Assembly (NCBI GenBank): GCA_032718475.1
Contig: JAUCBJ010008381.1
Coordinates: 6,157 to 70,156 of the forward strand
DNA: 64,000 bases
Direction of reading: 5' to 3'
DNA from: Nemertoderma westbladi
Lineage: Eukaryota > Animalia > Xenacoelomorpha
Numbering within the stretch: the stretch's first letter is position 1; every line of letters begins with the position of its first letter. This document shows, piece after piece, positions 24,522 to 36,028 of the stretch. The notes beneath the pieces are model-generated. The model made no database searches and was not told the origin of the DNA. It was given only the letters and a program-made list of their open reading frames with translations. The translations under genes were made by a program, and so were the position numbers.

Positions 24522-27500
24522 TTACGTTATGGAGTCCCTAGATATTTGTCGGATTAGGGAAGTGGTCGTAGGAAGAGTATCTTGCCTTCCATAGTTTCCG
24601 GACAGTTTTCGGTCTCTTTCCAGTAAACATAAACGACTAGCTGGGCGATTGAGTTGTTGTGTTACTTTCTCCGCTCCCTTGGCCTGTCTAATCTCCGCCG
24701 GGGTAAGATGAGGAGGCCATTCTTCTTCTTCTTTACTTAAGAAGTCGGATCCACCTAACCAGCCTGGAGTATCTATCAGTTCTTGAGGAGTTGCTCCTCT
24801 GGAAGCGATGTCGGCTGGATTAATCGTCCCAAGGCAATGTCTCCATTGATCTACATTGGAGTTAATATCGTCATTATCTGAGGAGTATGGTGTTCCCTCA
24901 GTTGGATCGTCCACATCACTGCTCTCCACTTCCCCCTTTACTTGGTATACCTGTTGTTGAGGTAATCTCTCTTTGAGAGTTCTACGGGAAGGGCCAGTGA
25001 AGTACCAACCTACTCTAGTTCTTACCGCATAGGTTTGCAGTGGCTGCGGTTGAGCAGGCCGTTTCTCCAATGTCTCGAGCGCCTCATGCGCGTTTTGGCC
25101 GATGAGTATTTGCACTCCAGGATAATCTGTCTGGAATCGAGGTATCTTAAGATGTTGGATGCTCTCATCCTCGTCCCAATTATAAAGGTCTGCTTGGGTA
25201 GTAGCGAAGTTCTTTATAGCCACCATTTTTACTGACCTTATGCCTTGTGTTCCTAACTTATCCTGGGGGGTGGACAACACACCTACATAGTAGTCTGCCG
25301 TTAGGGTAGATTTCCAAACCTGCATAATTCCTGACATATTCAATTTAGTCCGGAACTTGGGTTGTCCAGCAAAGATATCTTCGGCTAGTTCTTGATCGAT
25401 GAATGTTCCTGTGCTGCCGGAGTCAAGGAGGGCGTTCACTATGTAGCTTTTGTTAAGACCGTGAACTCTTACCTGAACTACAGGAAATTCTCTGATTCCT
25501 ACGTTGGAAGCTGGAGCTTTCCAAGAGGGTTGTTTGGCGAAAGTAGTCGGGGGAAACTCATCGTTGGTGTCCTTTTCATAAGTAAGTGCTCGATACACTG
25601 AGGTATTTATTAGATAACAGGATTCGTTGGCGTCGGAGAATTCGTCAGTATAGAATCCTTCCATCTCAGACTCTTGATCAGTGTCATTTACATCACTGAA
25701 TTGGACATGTAGTTCGGGCTCACTTACCTGACTCGGATTGTCTCGTTCGAACTCACTGTGTAACAAGATGTGATGTTTCGCGCCACACTTTGCACACTTT
25801 ACGTCGGAGTAACAGGTTCGCCGTTGGTGTCCTGATCTGAGGCAATTATAGCATAACCGCTTATTCCACAGGACTGTACGTCTGTCTACAGGGGATTTCT
25901 TTAGAAATTCAGCACACGCACTCAAACGGTGGGGCCTGTCGCACAGCGCACATTTTGGTTTGATGTTACTCACCTTAACTTGGTTAACGTTCTGCACTCT
26001 CGTTCTTTCTTCGGGCTTTCTTCCGTGAATTCTCTTAGGAGACGTAGGAGGAGTTGTTGTTACCTGTTCTCTCCTGTCACTGGTTCGAGACTTGTATTTA
26101 CTTACGTCTTTATAGGTCTTGTTGTCATAGTAAGATTTTGCTGTGTCTTTCCCGCTGTCCTCTTCTTGAGAAGCTTGGCTTTTGCCGTCGTCAGTATAAC
26201 ACACTGGTATTATCCTTCTCCTAGAAACGGGTTTCTCACTTACCTTATTTTCCGATGTTTTCTCTCTGGACTGCCTTATGAGTTGTAATTTTACTTCACT
26301 ATCTAAGAAGGACATGAGATCAGCCATGGTAGGGCTTCGTCGTTGTTGTTCATTCATGTACAACACTTTCTTGTCCCAGCGTGTACATACTCCACCCTTT
26401 GGTAAAGTAGAGACTACTGCTCCAATAACCATGGAACTCTGATATTCATGAGACTTACCCAACCAGTCCAATTGTCTACAGATCTCCTGAATCTCATCGG
26501 AAAACTCTATAATCCCGCTACTAAGGAAGTTTCGGGGGGCTACTAATTTTGCATACAAATACTTAGCTATGTTATCCTTGTTACCATACCTGATGTTTAA
26601 TGTATCCCAAACTTGTCTTAATCCATCTGGATGTCCAATAAACTTTAACGCCATTAACTTGGGAGGTCCTTCCAAGCACTTGATGAGGAATCTAAGTTTC
26701 TCTCCGTTAGATAGTACAGAGTTCTGTATGCTATCTTTGTAATATTCGTTGAAAGGTAACCATTTAATCTCATCTCCATTGAATTTGACGATCTCTCCCA
26801 CTTTGACCGCTTGGCGGGCTTCTGTTCTAGCCATAGTTCTAGTTTCTTGGGCCATCGTGTTATTTAATATCGAATTATCGGTATATAAAGTTCTCGGATC
26901 ATTATCAGGTCTATAGGGAATATCATTAATAACAGGTCTATAATCACCCTTAATAGGGTTTGCTATAGGAGTTTCAACTTCACTAGCAGTATAGATGCGT
27001 GTAGGCTCCACACCTTGCGCATGTATTACTTCAGACCTAACAGGTTGACACAATGTTACAGGGGGTATTGGTATGCCCTTTTGTATATTGACTAATTTGT
27101 CGCGTTCTAGCGCGATACTTTGCTGCACTTCTTGCAACTCTGCTCTACCTTCCCTCACTGTTCCCTTAAGTTGGTGGACAGTCTCCTGCATCTGTCCTAG
27201 CAGGAGATTCATCCCCCGCCGTCCCTCTTCCACCCACTCAACCGCCGAAGCGGGAGTCGCCAACATAGTAGCGGGCTGACGCGGGACGACGGGAGACAAA
27301 TTTTTGATTTCTCTCTCTGCTATCTGGACAGGGATATTCTCTTGGACTGTTCCACCGGGTACAGGCAGTGTAGTACTATGCAAAGGGAATTTAGAGTTAA
27401 GCTCTGGAAGTACAGGGGTCTCTAACACAGAAGTGACTTTGGGAACGACAGGCCTAATTATTTCAGGCTCATCAACTATTGTAGGGAGTCTTGTGACCTG

Positions 27501-28730
27501 AATAATTTGTTCTGTGGGTTCTATACTACTCAAGTCTGTGCTAGCTAGCTGTCTTCTAACAGCTGGGGGCAAATCAGGCAATTTGTGACGGTGAGATGTT
27601 TTTCTACGCCTGCTTAGACGAGATCTATTTCCTCCGCCTTCAGGATCGGTGGTCTCGCCTTCCTCCGAGGATGTGTATCCCTGGCGCTTGGGAGTAGATT
27701 TTCTCATCATCTGCATTTGATTAGCAGTAAACTGTTTATTTATACTGTCTTGCGTCTCTTGCAGATTTTCCAACTCCAGTTGGATAGTCTCCTCAGACGC
27801 TCTCCGTTCTGCTTCTGCCACTGTTGCTTTTCTTTCGGCTTCCGCCGCTTTTCTTTCTGCTTCTGCTTCTGCCGCTTTTGCTTTTCTTTCGGCTTCTGCT
27901 TCTGCCGCTTTTGCTTTTCTTTCGGCTTCTGCTTCTTTTCTTTCTGCTTCTGCTTCCGCCGCCGCTGCTGCTGCTACCTTCCTTTTCTCTATCCGTTCTT
28001 TCTTTACTTGATCTTCTTGGACTCTAACGAGGCGGAGTTTTTCATCACATTCAGCTTGGTTTGCAGCTAACATTTCGGCATCGATTGAGTCCAACACAAG
28101 CTTGGTTCCTTCACTATTAGGGGAAAGTCCAGACAGCCGTCTCCTCAACTCTTCGTCTCCTAGGAATCGCTGATAGTCGGACAAATAAATGTCGATAGCG
28201 TCTCTAGTTCGCGGCTTCTCTGCTGATGTTAATTCGCTTTCCACTTCGCTTTCCACCTCGCTTTCCACTTCGCTTTCCACCTCACTTTCCACTTCGCTTT
28301 CCACCTCACTTTCCACTTGAGAAGAAGTGGCGTCGGTTGATTCTTCATAGGTTGGCCGCTCATCATAAACCGTATCCGCCATCTTCGCTCCGCGTTCGGG
28401 CGTCCGCTCAACAGTATCCGAACTACTGGAGCTATCGGGCCGCTGAGAACTAGGTTCTTGGCTAGGAGGTTGCTGCTGTTTTATAGCTTCTTCTTGATCC
28501 CGCTTGACTTGGGCCCGAGTGCCTATGGCAGACCAACGGCGCTTCACTAACTTCGCAAATTGCGAAATCTTTTCTACCAACCTAGGTTCTGACACAACCA
28601 CTGCAGGGGTTGCCCTTCTTACAGTATGAGGGGTTTCAGACCTCGGTCTGGGATTCTCTACACTTTGATCTGAGAAACAGGCTGTTGTTTCTAGGAGACT
28701 ATCTGACAGAGTTTGCCTTGTGTCAGCCAT
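24522..28730 (-). CDS. gag: BEL/Pao Gag-protease polyprotein fused to a short RNase H tail (1402 aa)
   Basis: (EVES)n and (AEAERKA)n repeats, capsid-like VKFNGDEIKWLPF, triple zinc knuckle ending CAKCGAKHHILLH, protease ALLDSGS; PYSSDNDDI joined almost directly to DQWRHCLGTINPAD. Confidence 0.93.
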   Translation of the reverse strand: MADTRQTLSDSLLETTACFSDQSVENPRPRSETPHTVRRATPAVVVSEPRLVEKISQFAKLVKRRWSAIGTRAQVKRDQEEAIKQQQPPSQEPSSQRPDSSSSSDTVERTPERGAKMADTVYDERPTYEESTDATSSQVESEVESEVESEVESEVESEVESEVESELTSAEKPRTRDAIDIYLSDYQRFLGDEELRRRLSGLSPNSEGTKLVLDSIDAEMLAANQAECDEKLRLVRVQEDQVKKERIEKRKVAAAAAAEAEAERKEAEAERKAKAAEAEAERKAKAAEAEAERKAAEAERKATVAEAERRASEETIQLELENLQETQDSINKQFTANQMQMMRKSTPKRQGYTSSEEGETTDPEGGGNRSRLSRRRKTSHRHKLPDLPPAVRRQLASTDLSSIEPTEQIIQVTRLPTIVDEPEIIRPVVPKVTSVLETPVLPELNSKFPLHSTTLPVPGGTVQENIPVQIAEREIKNLSPVVPRQPATMLATPASAVEWVEEGRRGMNLLLGQMQETVHQLKGTVREGRAELQEVQQSIALERDKLVNIQKGIPIPPVTLCQPVRSEVIHAQGVEPTRIYTASEVETPIANPIKGDYRPVINDIPYRPDNDPRTLYTDNSILNNTMAQETRTMARTEARQAVKVGEIVKFNGDEIKWLPFNEYYKDSIQNSVLSNGEKLRFLIKCLEGPPKLMALKFIGHPDGLRQVWDTLNIRYGNKDNIAKYLYAKLVAPRNFLSSGIIEFSDEIQEICRQLDWLGKSHEYQSSMVIGAVVSTLPKGGVCTRWDKKVLYMNEQQRRSPTMADLMSFLDSEVKLQLIRQSREKTSENKVSEKPVSRRRIIPVCYTDDGKSQASQEEDSGKDTAKSYYDNKTYKDVSKYKSRTSDRREQVTTTPPTSPKRIHGRKPEERTRVQNVNQVKVSNIKPKCALCDRPHRLSACAEFLKKSPVDRRTVLWNKRLCYNCLRSGHQRRTCYSDVKCAKCGAKHHILLHSEFERDNPSQVSEPELHVQFSDVNDTDQESEMEGFYTDEFSDANESCYLINTSVYRALTYEKDTNDEFPPTTFAKQPSWKAPASNVGIREFPVVQVRVHGLNKSYIVNALLDSGSTGTFIDQELAEDIFAGQPKFRTKLNMSGIMQVWKSTLTADYYVGVLSTPQDKLGTQGIRSVKMVAIKNFATTQADLYNWDEDESIQHLKIPRFQTDYPGVQILIGQNAHEALETLEKRPAQPQPLQTYAVRTRVGWYFTGPSRRTLKERLPQQQVYQVKGEVESSDVDDPTEGTPYSSDNDDINSNVDQWRHCLGTINPADIASRGATPQELIDTPGWLGGSDFLSKEEEEWPPHLTPAEIRQAKGAEKVTQQLNRPASRLCLLERDRKLSGNYGRQDTLPTTTSLIRQISRDSIT

Positions 28731-30069
28731 GTTTGATTGTACAGTCGAATGCCTACTGCTATATTACAGTTAAAGCAAGTCTAGTAATTCAGTATCACTG
28801 TTAGCCTAATAATTAATTACCGATGCTGCTACTCAGTGTAGCGTGATATATATATAAAATATTAGAATACCGGTATGCTTATAATATATATATAAGTATT
28901 ATTACAGACTAGATTTGTCACAGAGTACCGGTATATAATTTTAGCACAAATATATATAAATATATAATAGGCCTATCGTGAATACCGGTATACAGCTGAC
29001 ACTTATAGTATATATAAGTATAATTATTACTAGAATTAATTACAGAATACCGGTATGATTTCAGCTCAAATTTATAGAAATAAATATAATAAGCCTATGG
29101 TAAATACCGGTATGTCAATTATTTTAGAATAAATGAATTTCTGAATATTTTAGGGTTACTTGGTTACTTTAACTTACTTTATTACCGTTATTTAAGCAGC
29201 AGTCCAACTGATATTGAGACCTAGTTGTTGTATGGCAGGCCTACTATTTATAAATCGTTTGAGTTGATTTATAATATTTATATACCCGTTTAAAAGGGTT
29301 TTGTCAATATTTGAAATAAATGTTATTATTTCTGGGGGAGTCACTACACAGAAGCTGTGCGCTCTCAGTGAAGTGCTACCTATGGGACACTAAAACAGAT
29401 AATTCTAATTTACCTAAGTTACTTAATACTACAAATTACTTACGATACGGGTGAGATTAAATCTCTAGTTAAACACAACAAAAATATTACGTACGAATTT
29501 TTTAGGGTAATTTTACAGGAAGTCTACAAACCAGCCTAACAAAGGGTTAGAATTCTGGTTATTACAATGGACAGGGTACTACGGTATTTGAAAATAATAA
29601 GTAGTAGTAAATACACTGCGTTGTCCAGATAGGGAAATACAACCGCCTGACGACCTATAACCGTATCGCTATAGGTACTACGTTATGTATCACGGATTGT
29701 TCCTACCTAGAAGTTAATTACCGCGGACTACCAGATCCAGCGTGCCTATTAACCACTTTACAACACAAATATACTGCCTACACACTAATTACTTCGGAAA
29801 GCACTGTACACTAAACCCTAAATTAGGTACAAGTACTGGTACAACAAATAATCAGTAGTTAAATATACTTGAACAGTTAAAAGAACCACGGCATCTGCTG
29901 GAGTGACCGAAGCACAAAGTCACCAGTCTTTACCTACGCCAAGCAGCCCGTGTAGTACCGGGGTTAATTTAACTATAACGGTATGTGTAACAAACACAAT
30001 TACTGTAGGAATAAACTTGGGGACATGAATGTTGCGAATAATCGCATAAACTCTGAATAATAAATATTA

Positions 30070-30640
30070 CGCTACCCGTACAGAATACTCAAACAAATAC
30101 AAACCAAACGCTGGCAGACTACCACCAAGCCTAAATAAACTACTGTATGTGCAGATTCCAAAACGGTTAGTTAGTATGCGTTCTAACACGGTAGTACGAC
30201 TTATTCTTTAAGAGGGGATTGACCTTACAGTTATGACTGCCCCAACTTACTAACTGGCACTTTATCAGACAAACTCTACACAAGCAGCAATCTCTTCAGA
30301 CCTAATAATAGCTAGACAACAATCCAGCCTACAAAATATCTGAGTAATAACTATTACGGTACCTGAACAGACCACACAAACAAACACAAGCCAAAACGCT
30401 GGCAGAATACTGTCAAGCCTAAATAAACTACAGTATGTGCAGATTCCAAAATTGTTAGTTAGTATGCGTTCTAACACGGTAGTACGACTTATTCTTTTAA
30501 GAGGGGATTGACCTTACAGCGATGGCTGCCCCAACTTACTAACTGGCACTCTATCAGACAAACTCTACACACGCCGTAATCTCTCCAAACCCAACAACAA
30601 TCCGACAACAGTCCGGCCTACAATTATCTGAACAATCTGA
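30070..30640. repeat. ~300-bp tandem duplication in the 5' UTR of BEL element 1
   Basis: AACGCTGGCAGA...GTTCTAACACGGTAGTACGACTTATTC...ATCAGACAAACTCTACAC occurs twice; single copy in element 2 (~50730-51025). Confidence 0.8.
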
Positions 30641-30995
30641 GCAGACTTACACGTCTTCAGCTCAATATTAACTTACTAGGAAATAAAACTGACAGAAATA
30701 GACCTAAGTAAAATCCCAATAAAAACCAGGCGTCCCCGATTTAATATCGAGACCTACCGGTATACAATAATCAAAATCGAATAATACTAATGTACTTATA
30801 CTGGAAGTACCGGTTAGGACAGTTGGGCCTACGGACCTACAGAAGTACCGGTTCTGGCAGTTGGACCTACGGACCTACAGCAGTACCGGTTCTGGCAGTT
30901 GGGCCTACTGACCTACAGAAGTACCGGTTCAGGTTTACCGGTTGACCGGTACTTTCAACTTTATTGCTTACTACAATAAAGTCAATAACTGTTAT

Positions 30996-32283
30996 TGTAC
31001 GCGCTTTTGAAGACCTTTAGCAGTTTAACCTGCCAAAATTTATATGTCTTTTGGTTTATAAATATACTTTAGAAGATGACAAATATTTAATACCAATAAA
31101 CACAACATTAGCAGAAGCCAGCCTAGTGCGCGTCCATTCACCCGCTGGATATTCCCGGGAGACTGGATTCTGAGGGCTTAGATTATTATTGCAGTGAAGC
31201 TTACTGTATTGTATTATTCGATTGATCATTAATAATTAATTTCTGACTAATATTATTTACTTTCGGGAAATATTAACAGTTCCTTTAGGACGTGGCGCTC
31301 TATCTAAGTAAACAGAGATATGACTTATACTAATCACAACGGTAAGTCGGTAAGGCTTATGATTCACGTATGAGGCGCATTCTTTAGGAAATGCTTAGTT
31401 ATCAGCCACAATCATGCACACTACCGGTAACGCACAATACTGCTCACTAATTTGCCGACCGTCAATGAATTTTATCATATATAAAGAGAATAGCAACGGA
31501 CTCATGTAGGGCTTATCAAATAGCATTAAATTCAATACACACCACAATAATATAAGTCGCAATCGCTATATATATAACCCGCCTCTCTAACCTGTAGTGT
31601 ATCAAGAAAATTGGGAAATTTGGGTTCTTTATAAATGTTCTCCAAATAATATTCAATCCACTGATATAAGATATGACAACAGTAAAAACATTAAGACGGT
31701 AGGTTAAGATATGATATGAACAGATATGTACAGCGATATGCACTGATATGGACCGGTATGTGATTTGCACCGATAACAGTTATACGCTCTATAATCTTCA
31801 GCCTACTAATGTTTCTTCTAAAGTATGAAATGAATTGACTCTAGAGCCGTTGTTCCTGGCCTAGACAGCAATAACAACAAAGTATCAAGTAAAAACAGTA
31901 AGACTGAACACTCTCCTTATGATCGGCCGAAAAGCTACACGTCGACAGGAAAAATCGCTCTGATTGGCTCAAGCCAAACAAAGAACCATGCGTCCAATGG
32001 CTGTTTCCATGTCAGCAACCAGCTGTTAGATGTCGTAATATGAATCATCACGGCTAAGCTGTGAAAGGTATTTGGTGCATTGTAGGTTTTTTGCCTTACC
32101 ATGTCCGCCAAAACACGTATATAGCAGAATGACTTTTATGTCCGTTAAAACACCTATAACGGTACCTTGCGGGCGAGGGGAATATATATACAGTTAGAGA
32201 ACCTTTTAGAGTATTCCAGCGCCTGGGGGGGAAACTGGATTGCGAAGCAAAGGGGCCAGTTATATCCCACAGAAGCTTTTACA
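30996..32283 (-). repeat. 5' LTR of BEL element 1
   Basis: Copy of 20083-21370; CCAAT boxes in the U3-side part. Confidence 0.95.
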
Positions 32284-32344
32284 GCAGTGTATGGTTGGAG
32301 TTATGTCTGGGTTGCTATAGCAATACTACTGGCTGCCTATATTA

Positions 32345-32607
32345 CAGTATCTCCGGGCCGGACTTAGTATCTCCGGGCCGGACTTAGTATCTCCGGGCCG
32401 GACTTAGTATCTCCGGGCCGGACTTAGTATCTCTGGGCCTGAGATAGTATCTCCGGGCCGGACTTAGTATCTCCGGGCCGGACTTAGTATCTCCGGGCCG
32501 GACTTAGTATCTCCGGGCCGGACTTAGTATCTCCGGGCCTGAGATAGTATCTCCGGGCCGGAATTAGTATATCCGGGCCTGAGATAGTATCTCCGGGCCG
32601 GACTTAG
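32345..32607. repeat. 20-bp tandem repeat, ~13 copies
   Basis: AGTATCTCCGGGCCGGACTT with variant AGTATCTCCGGGCCTGAGAT; no spacers. Confidence 0.95.
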
Positions 32608-33148
32608 AAAAAAAAGGGGAAATCAATGTCCCTTTAGGGGCTCCGTAGTTATCACTCCAAAGGGTCGGTCTCCTGTTTATCTATGCCAGCTTGACATCGA
32701 TTTGGCCTGTCATAGCATAATTAGAGTATGTTGGATATTCGTAGTAGAACATTGGCGGCCCCTTTTTGGGGACACAACTCTATATGCACTTCTAAAGTTT
32801 ATTTAAAATGATAAGAATGGGAAAAAGGTTGTAAAAACATTATTTTTATAAAAACCAATTACAAACAATATCCTACCAACCTGTATTTATACACATTATG
32901 AGTATTTGAGGGTAACTATTACAGCTGTGTTCTCATTCAGTAAACATATTGAAACAAAAAAGAAAAAGTGTTGCGCAATAATAGGTTCGTGGAGCAAACT
33001 CCATCTCGTTTCTGTTGAAACTGGGCTGCGAATTATCAGGATAAATATTTACCCGCGGTAACATATGCAATGGCCGAAATATGACAATTTCTCGCTCTGA
33101 AAAACCTGAAGGAGATATATAAAGAAAAGGCAACTTTTACTAAAAAAA

Positions 33149-33496
33149 ATGCTGGGATTACAATTTTCATCATCCTCAACACTCGCCTTAAATCTTTTCG
33201 GGGAGAGGACAATGTCCTACGATATCCTCTCTAAGTCACCAGGTATTTTTAAACCGGAGGTCATCGAGGCTTATAGGACGTTCCGTACTGAGCGGCAGGA
33301 AAACTTTATCGCGGAGGGATTCACTGAAGGACCGGCATTCCACTCGAGTACTTTGAGAAAACTGGAACAGAAAAATCGCCACGTTGTAACGAGATTGATT
33401 TCCCACGGTTTCCATCATAAACTGTACAGCAGCACCACACCGTTCCACACTCTTTCAGATAGTTGCGTGTGCAAATACTGTGGCGCCAGTTGCTAG
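33149..33496 (+). pseudogene. Probable degenerate C-terminus of a non-LTR retrotransposon ORF
   Basis: Ends TRLISHGFHH...CVCKYCGASC* with a His/Cys remnant after the stop, like LINE C-terminal zinc fingers; no RT core seen. Confidence 0.35.
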
Positions 33497-33933
33497 CATT
33501 GCACCGCTATCATGCACAATGTGTCCTGCACCAGTTCAACTAGCTTTACGTTAAATCAATGGGGGGGGGGGGGGGGGGGGGGGGTCAACTCACTATTTAA
33601 TTTTTAATTTACTTATATATTTGATTCTTCATTAATTTACATATGTTTTTACTTACTACATCAGTTAGACACCGCTAATAATTAGAATGTTTTAATTAAA
33701 TTTTAAATATTGAATTCCTGATTTTAAGGTCGTCAATCACGCAACAAATTAATATTTACATTGAATACCTTTACTATGTTTTTAACATTAGTCCTACCAG
33801 TTTTACATATTACATATATTTTAATATTCCATATGGTATTAACGAGTATTGTTATTGTATTAATTAATGTGTTATAATTAACTTTAATAGTATCAATTTA
33901 TAATTTAACGGAGTGGGGGTGTATCTATAGAAA

Positions 33934-34034
33934 AGTAGGTGTGGGCGTAGGTGTATGTGTAGGTGTAGGTGTGGGCGTAGGTGCAGGTGTAGGCGTAGGC
34001 GTAAGTGTAGGCGTAGGTGTAGGTGTAGGCGTAG
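33934..34034. repeat. (GGYGTA)n hexamer microsatellite
   Basis: GTAGGTGTGGGCGTAGGTGTA... run. Confidence 0.85.
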
Positions 34035-34492
34035 CGTTTACACCACAGACAAACGTGTAAAATAAAACCCGGAGACAGTGACAGCTGTCTGAATCATGTT
34101 AATTAATACGCATCGAATGAGCCACAAAGCAAGGAATGAGAGCGAAATCTGTCGGCGTGTACATACATACATACATACAAACTGAGCAGATTTATATATA
34201 TTTTAGATACTATACATTAGATACTGTAATAATAATATAATTGTTGCATTTAAAATTATGTGCATAAATACTTCGAAAACATTCAGTCAGCGCGGTACGC
34301 CGATTTTAGAGCATTCATCGTGATATTAGAAATGAGTTCATGTCAGTTAGATAGAGTGTTCCTGTTCATGTCTTTTTCAATAATAGTCTATGGCATCTGA
34401 ATGTCAAATGTCTACAGGTTGCATGAATAAAAGCACGAAAAGTTTACAAAGTTGCAAAGTGAACACTGAACTCAATAAAATATCACAAACTA

Positions 34493-36028
34493 CACCATGT
34501 CCGGGAATATAGTGTCGTTATTCAGGTACCGGTACCTGCCCCCCCCCCCCCCCCCAAAAAAAAAATTGTTCTACAAATCTTAATAAGATTGCATGAAATT
34601 TGAAACAGAATCAGTTTCACCTCCCAGAATTTTTATTTTCGCTTACATTTTTAGCTACAAGCGTTTAAAAAAAGGTCATTCAAAGTTATTATTACAAAGT
34701 TATTTGTAATATTGGCATTTGTGGCATTTATTACAAAGTTATTCTTCAACCTTATAGTGAGGGAAAGCTGGCCATGCAAGGATTCCAAATATGTGAAAAT
34801 ATTTGAATTTGGTTGGGAAATAGCCGAGAAAAGGGCATTCGAATATTGCTTGTATTAGCTTCCCCTGCAGGCCATTTATTATTTTTAATTAATGTACCAT
34901 ATTCATTTATTCTAGATTATTAGATAAATGTCAGTTAACCATTCAAAAAGCAACAAGTACTAACTAGCAAGTTAGCTATAGTGTTAAAAAGGATACTAAC
35001 GATACAACAAAGAGATACCCGTAATCTAATATTAATTTAAAATAATAGTCCAGGTGCCGGAAGAGGTGCTATCTAGCTGCCTAGGATATCGAATAGGCCC
35101 TCTGACGGAAATTCAACTGTACCGAGGACTGCGGCCGAGTTCCCAACTAGTATTGCGACCGCGATGCGCTGAAGAAGGAAACGATGGGAGCGAGGATCCT
35201 GTGTCGATGAATGTATCCTCCTACCGACCTCCTTCAGGAAAACTTCCGTTGCCGGGAATGTATCCTCTTACCGACCTCCTTCAGGAAAACTTCCGTTGCC
35301 GGAACCATATTCTAGATATTCTACCATATTCTAGAATATTTTGTTTATTCGATACGTAGCTGGGCAACAATGCAATACCTCTTTAATGCCGCGTTCACAC
35401 TACTGAGTCAAAGTCAAAGTCAAAAGACAAAATGTAAATCATAATCACAGGAAATTATATATTTTCTAGAACGCCATTATGTATTACATTGGGACTACAT
35501 AATGTATTATTATCTATTATTGCTAGCTAGCTGTATTTATTTTCTTTTGATTTTGACTCGGTAGTGTAAACGCGGCCTAAACATACTATTAGGTAGCTAT
35601 TCATAAATAAACAAAATGTTCTAGAATATGGTATTTTTATTTAATAGAATAAAATAGCCTCATGCAGATGCAAAACCATGCAACATTTGAACGCTCATAT
35701 CTCAGTTATTTCCCAACCAAATTCAGATTATGTTACATATTTGGAATCCTTACATGGCCAGCTTTCCATCAGTACCAACCAACAAATCGCTATAAGGTTG
35801 AACAATAACTGGAGTGTAACTGGTGAAATATCACCGGAGACACCTTTTTCAAACGCTTGTAGCTAAACAATGAAAGCGAAATTAAAAATTCTGGCTCACC
35901 CAGCAAGGAGGAGGGAGGTGAAACTATCTCTGTTTCTAATTTCATACAATCTTATTAAAATTTGTAGAAAAATTTGGGGGGGGGGGGTAATGTACCTGAA
36001 TAACGACACTATATTCCAGGACATGGTG
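34493..36028. mobile_element. Non-autonomous TIR DNA transposon, CACCATG ends, TA TSD
   Basis: CACCATGTCCGGGAATATAGTGTCGTTATTCAGGTAC and its inverse at ~35992-36028; long imperfect TIRs; empty TA site in copy A (~4762). Confidence 0.9.
35387..35577. mobile_element. PIF/Harbinger-type MITE nested in the CACCATG element
   Basis: TIR GCCGCGTTCACACTACTGAGTCAAA / TTTGACTCGGTAGTGTAAACGCGGC; TAA on both sides. Confidence 0.75.

Larger units (their letters stand above)
20083..32283 (-). mobile_element. BEL/Pao LTR retrotransposon 1, non-autonomous (Gag-protease; no RT, intact RNase H or integrase)
   Basis: Two 1288-bp TG...CA LTRs; 5-bp TSD GCAGT (20078-20082, 32284-32288); internal BEL-type gag. 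Confidence 0.95.

Noticed and set aside
32345-32607. Regular 20-bp repeat as a CRISPR array
   Set aside because: Head-to-tail units with no unique spacers, no cas genes, eukaryotic context; the same applies to the 63-bp and 19-bp arrays.
19225-34210. Helitron enclosing BEL element 1
   Set aside because: The right end has (ACAT)n and ATATATA...AGAT like some non-autonomous Helitrons, but I could not find a CTRR end with hairpin at the other side; boundaries unsupported.
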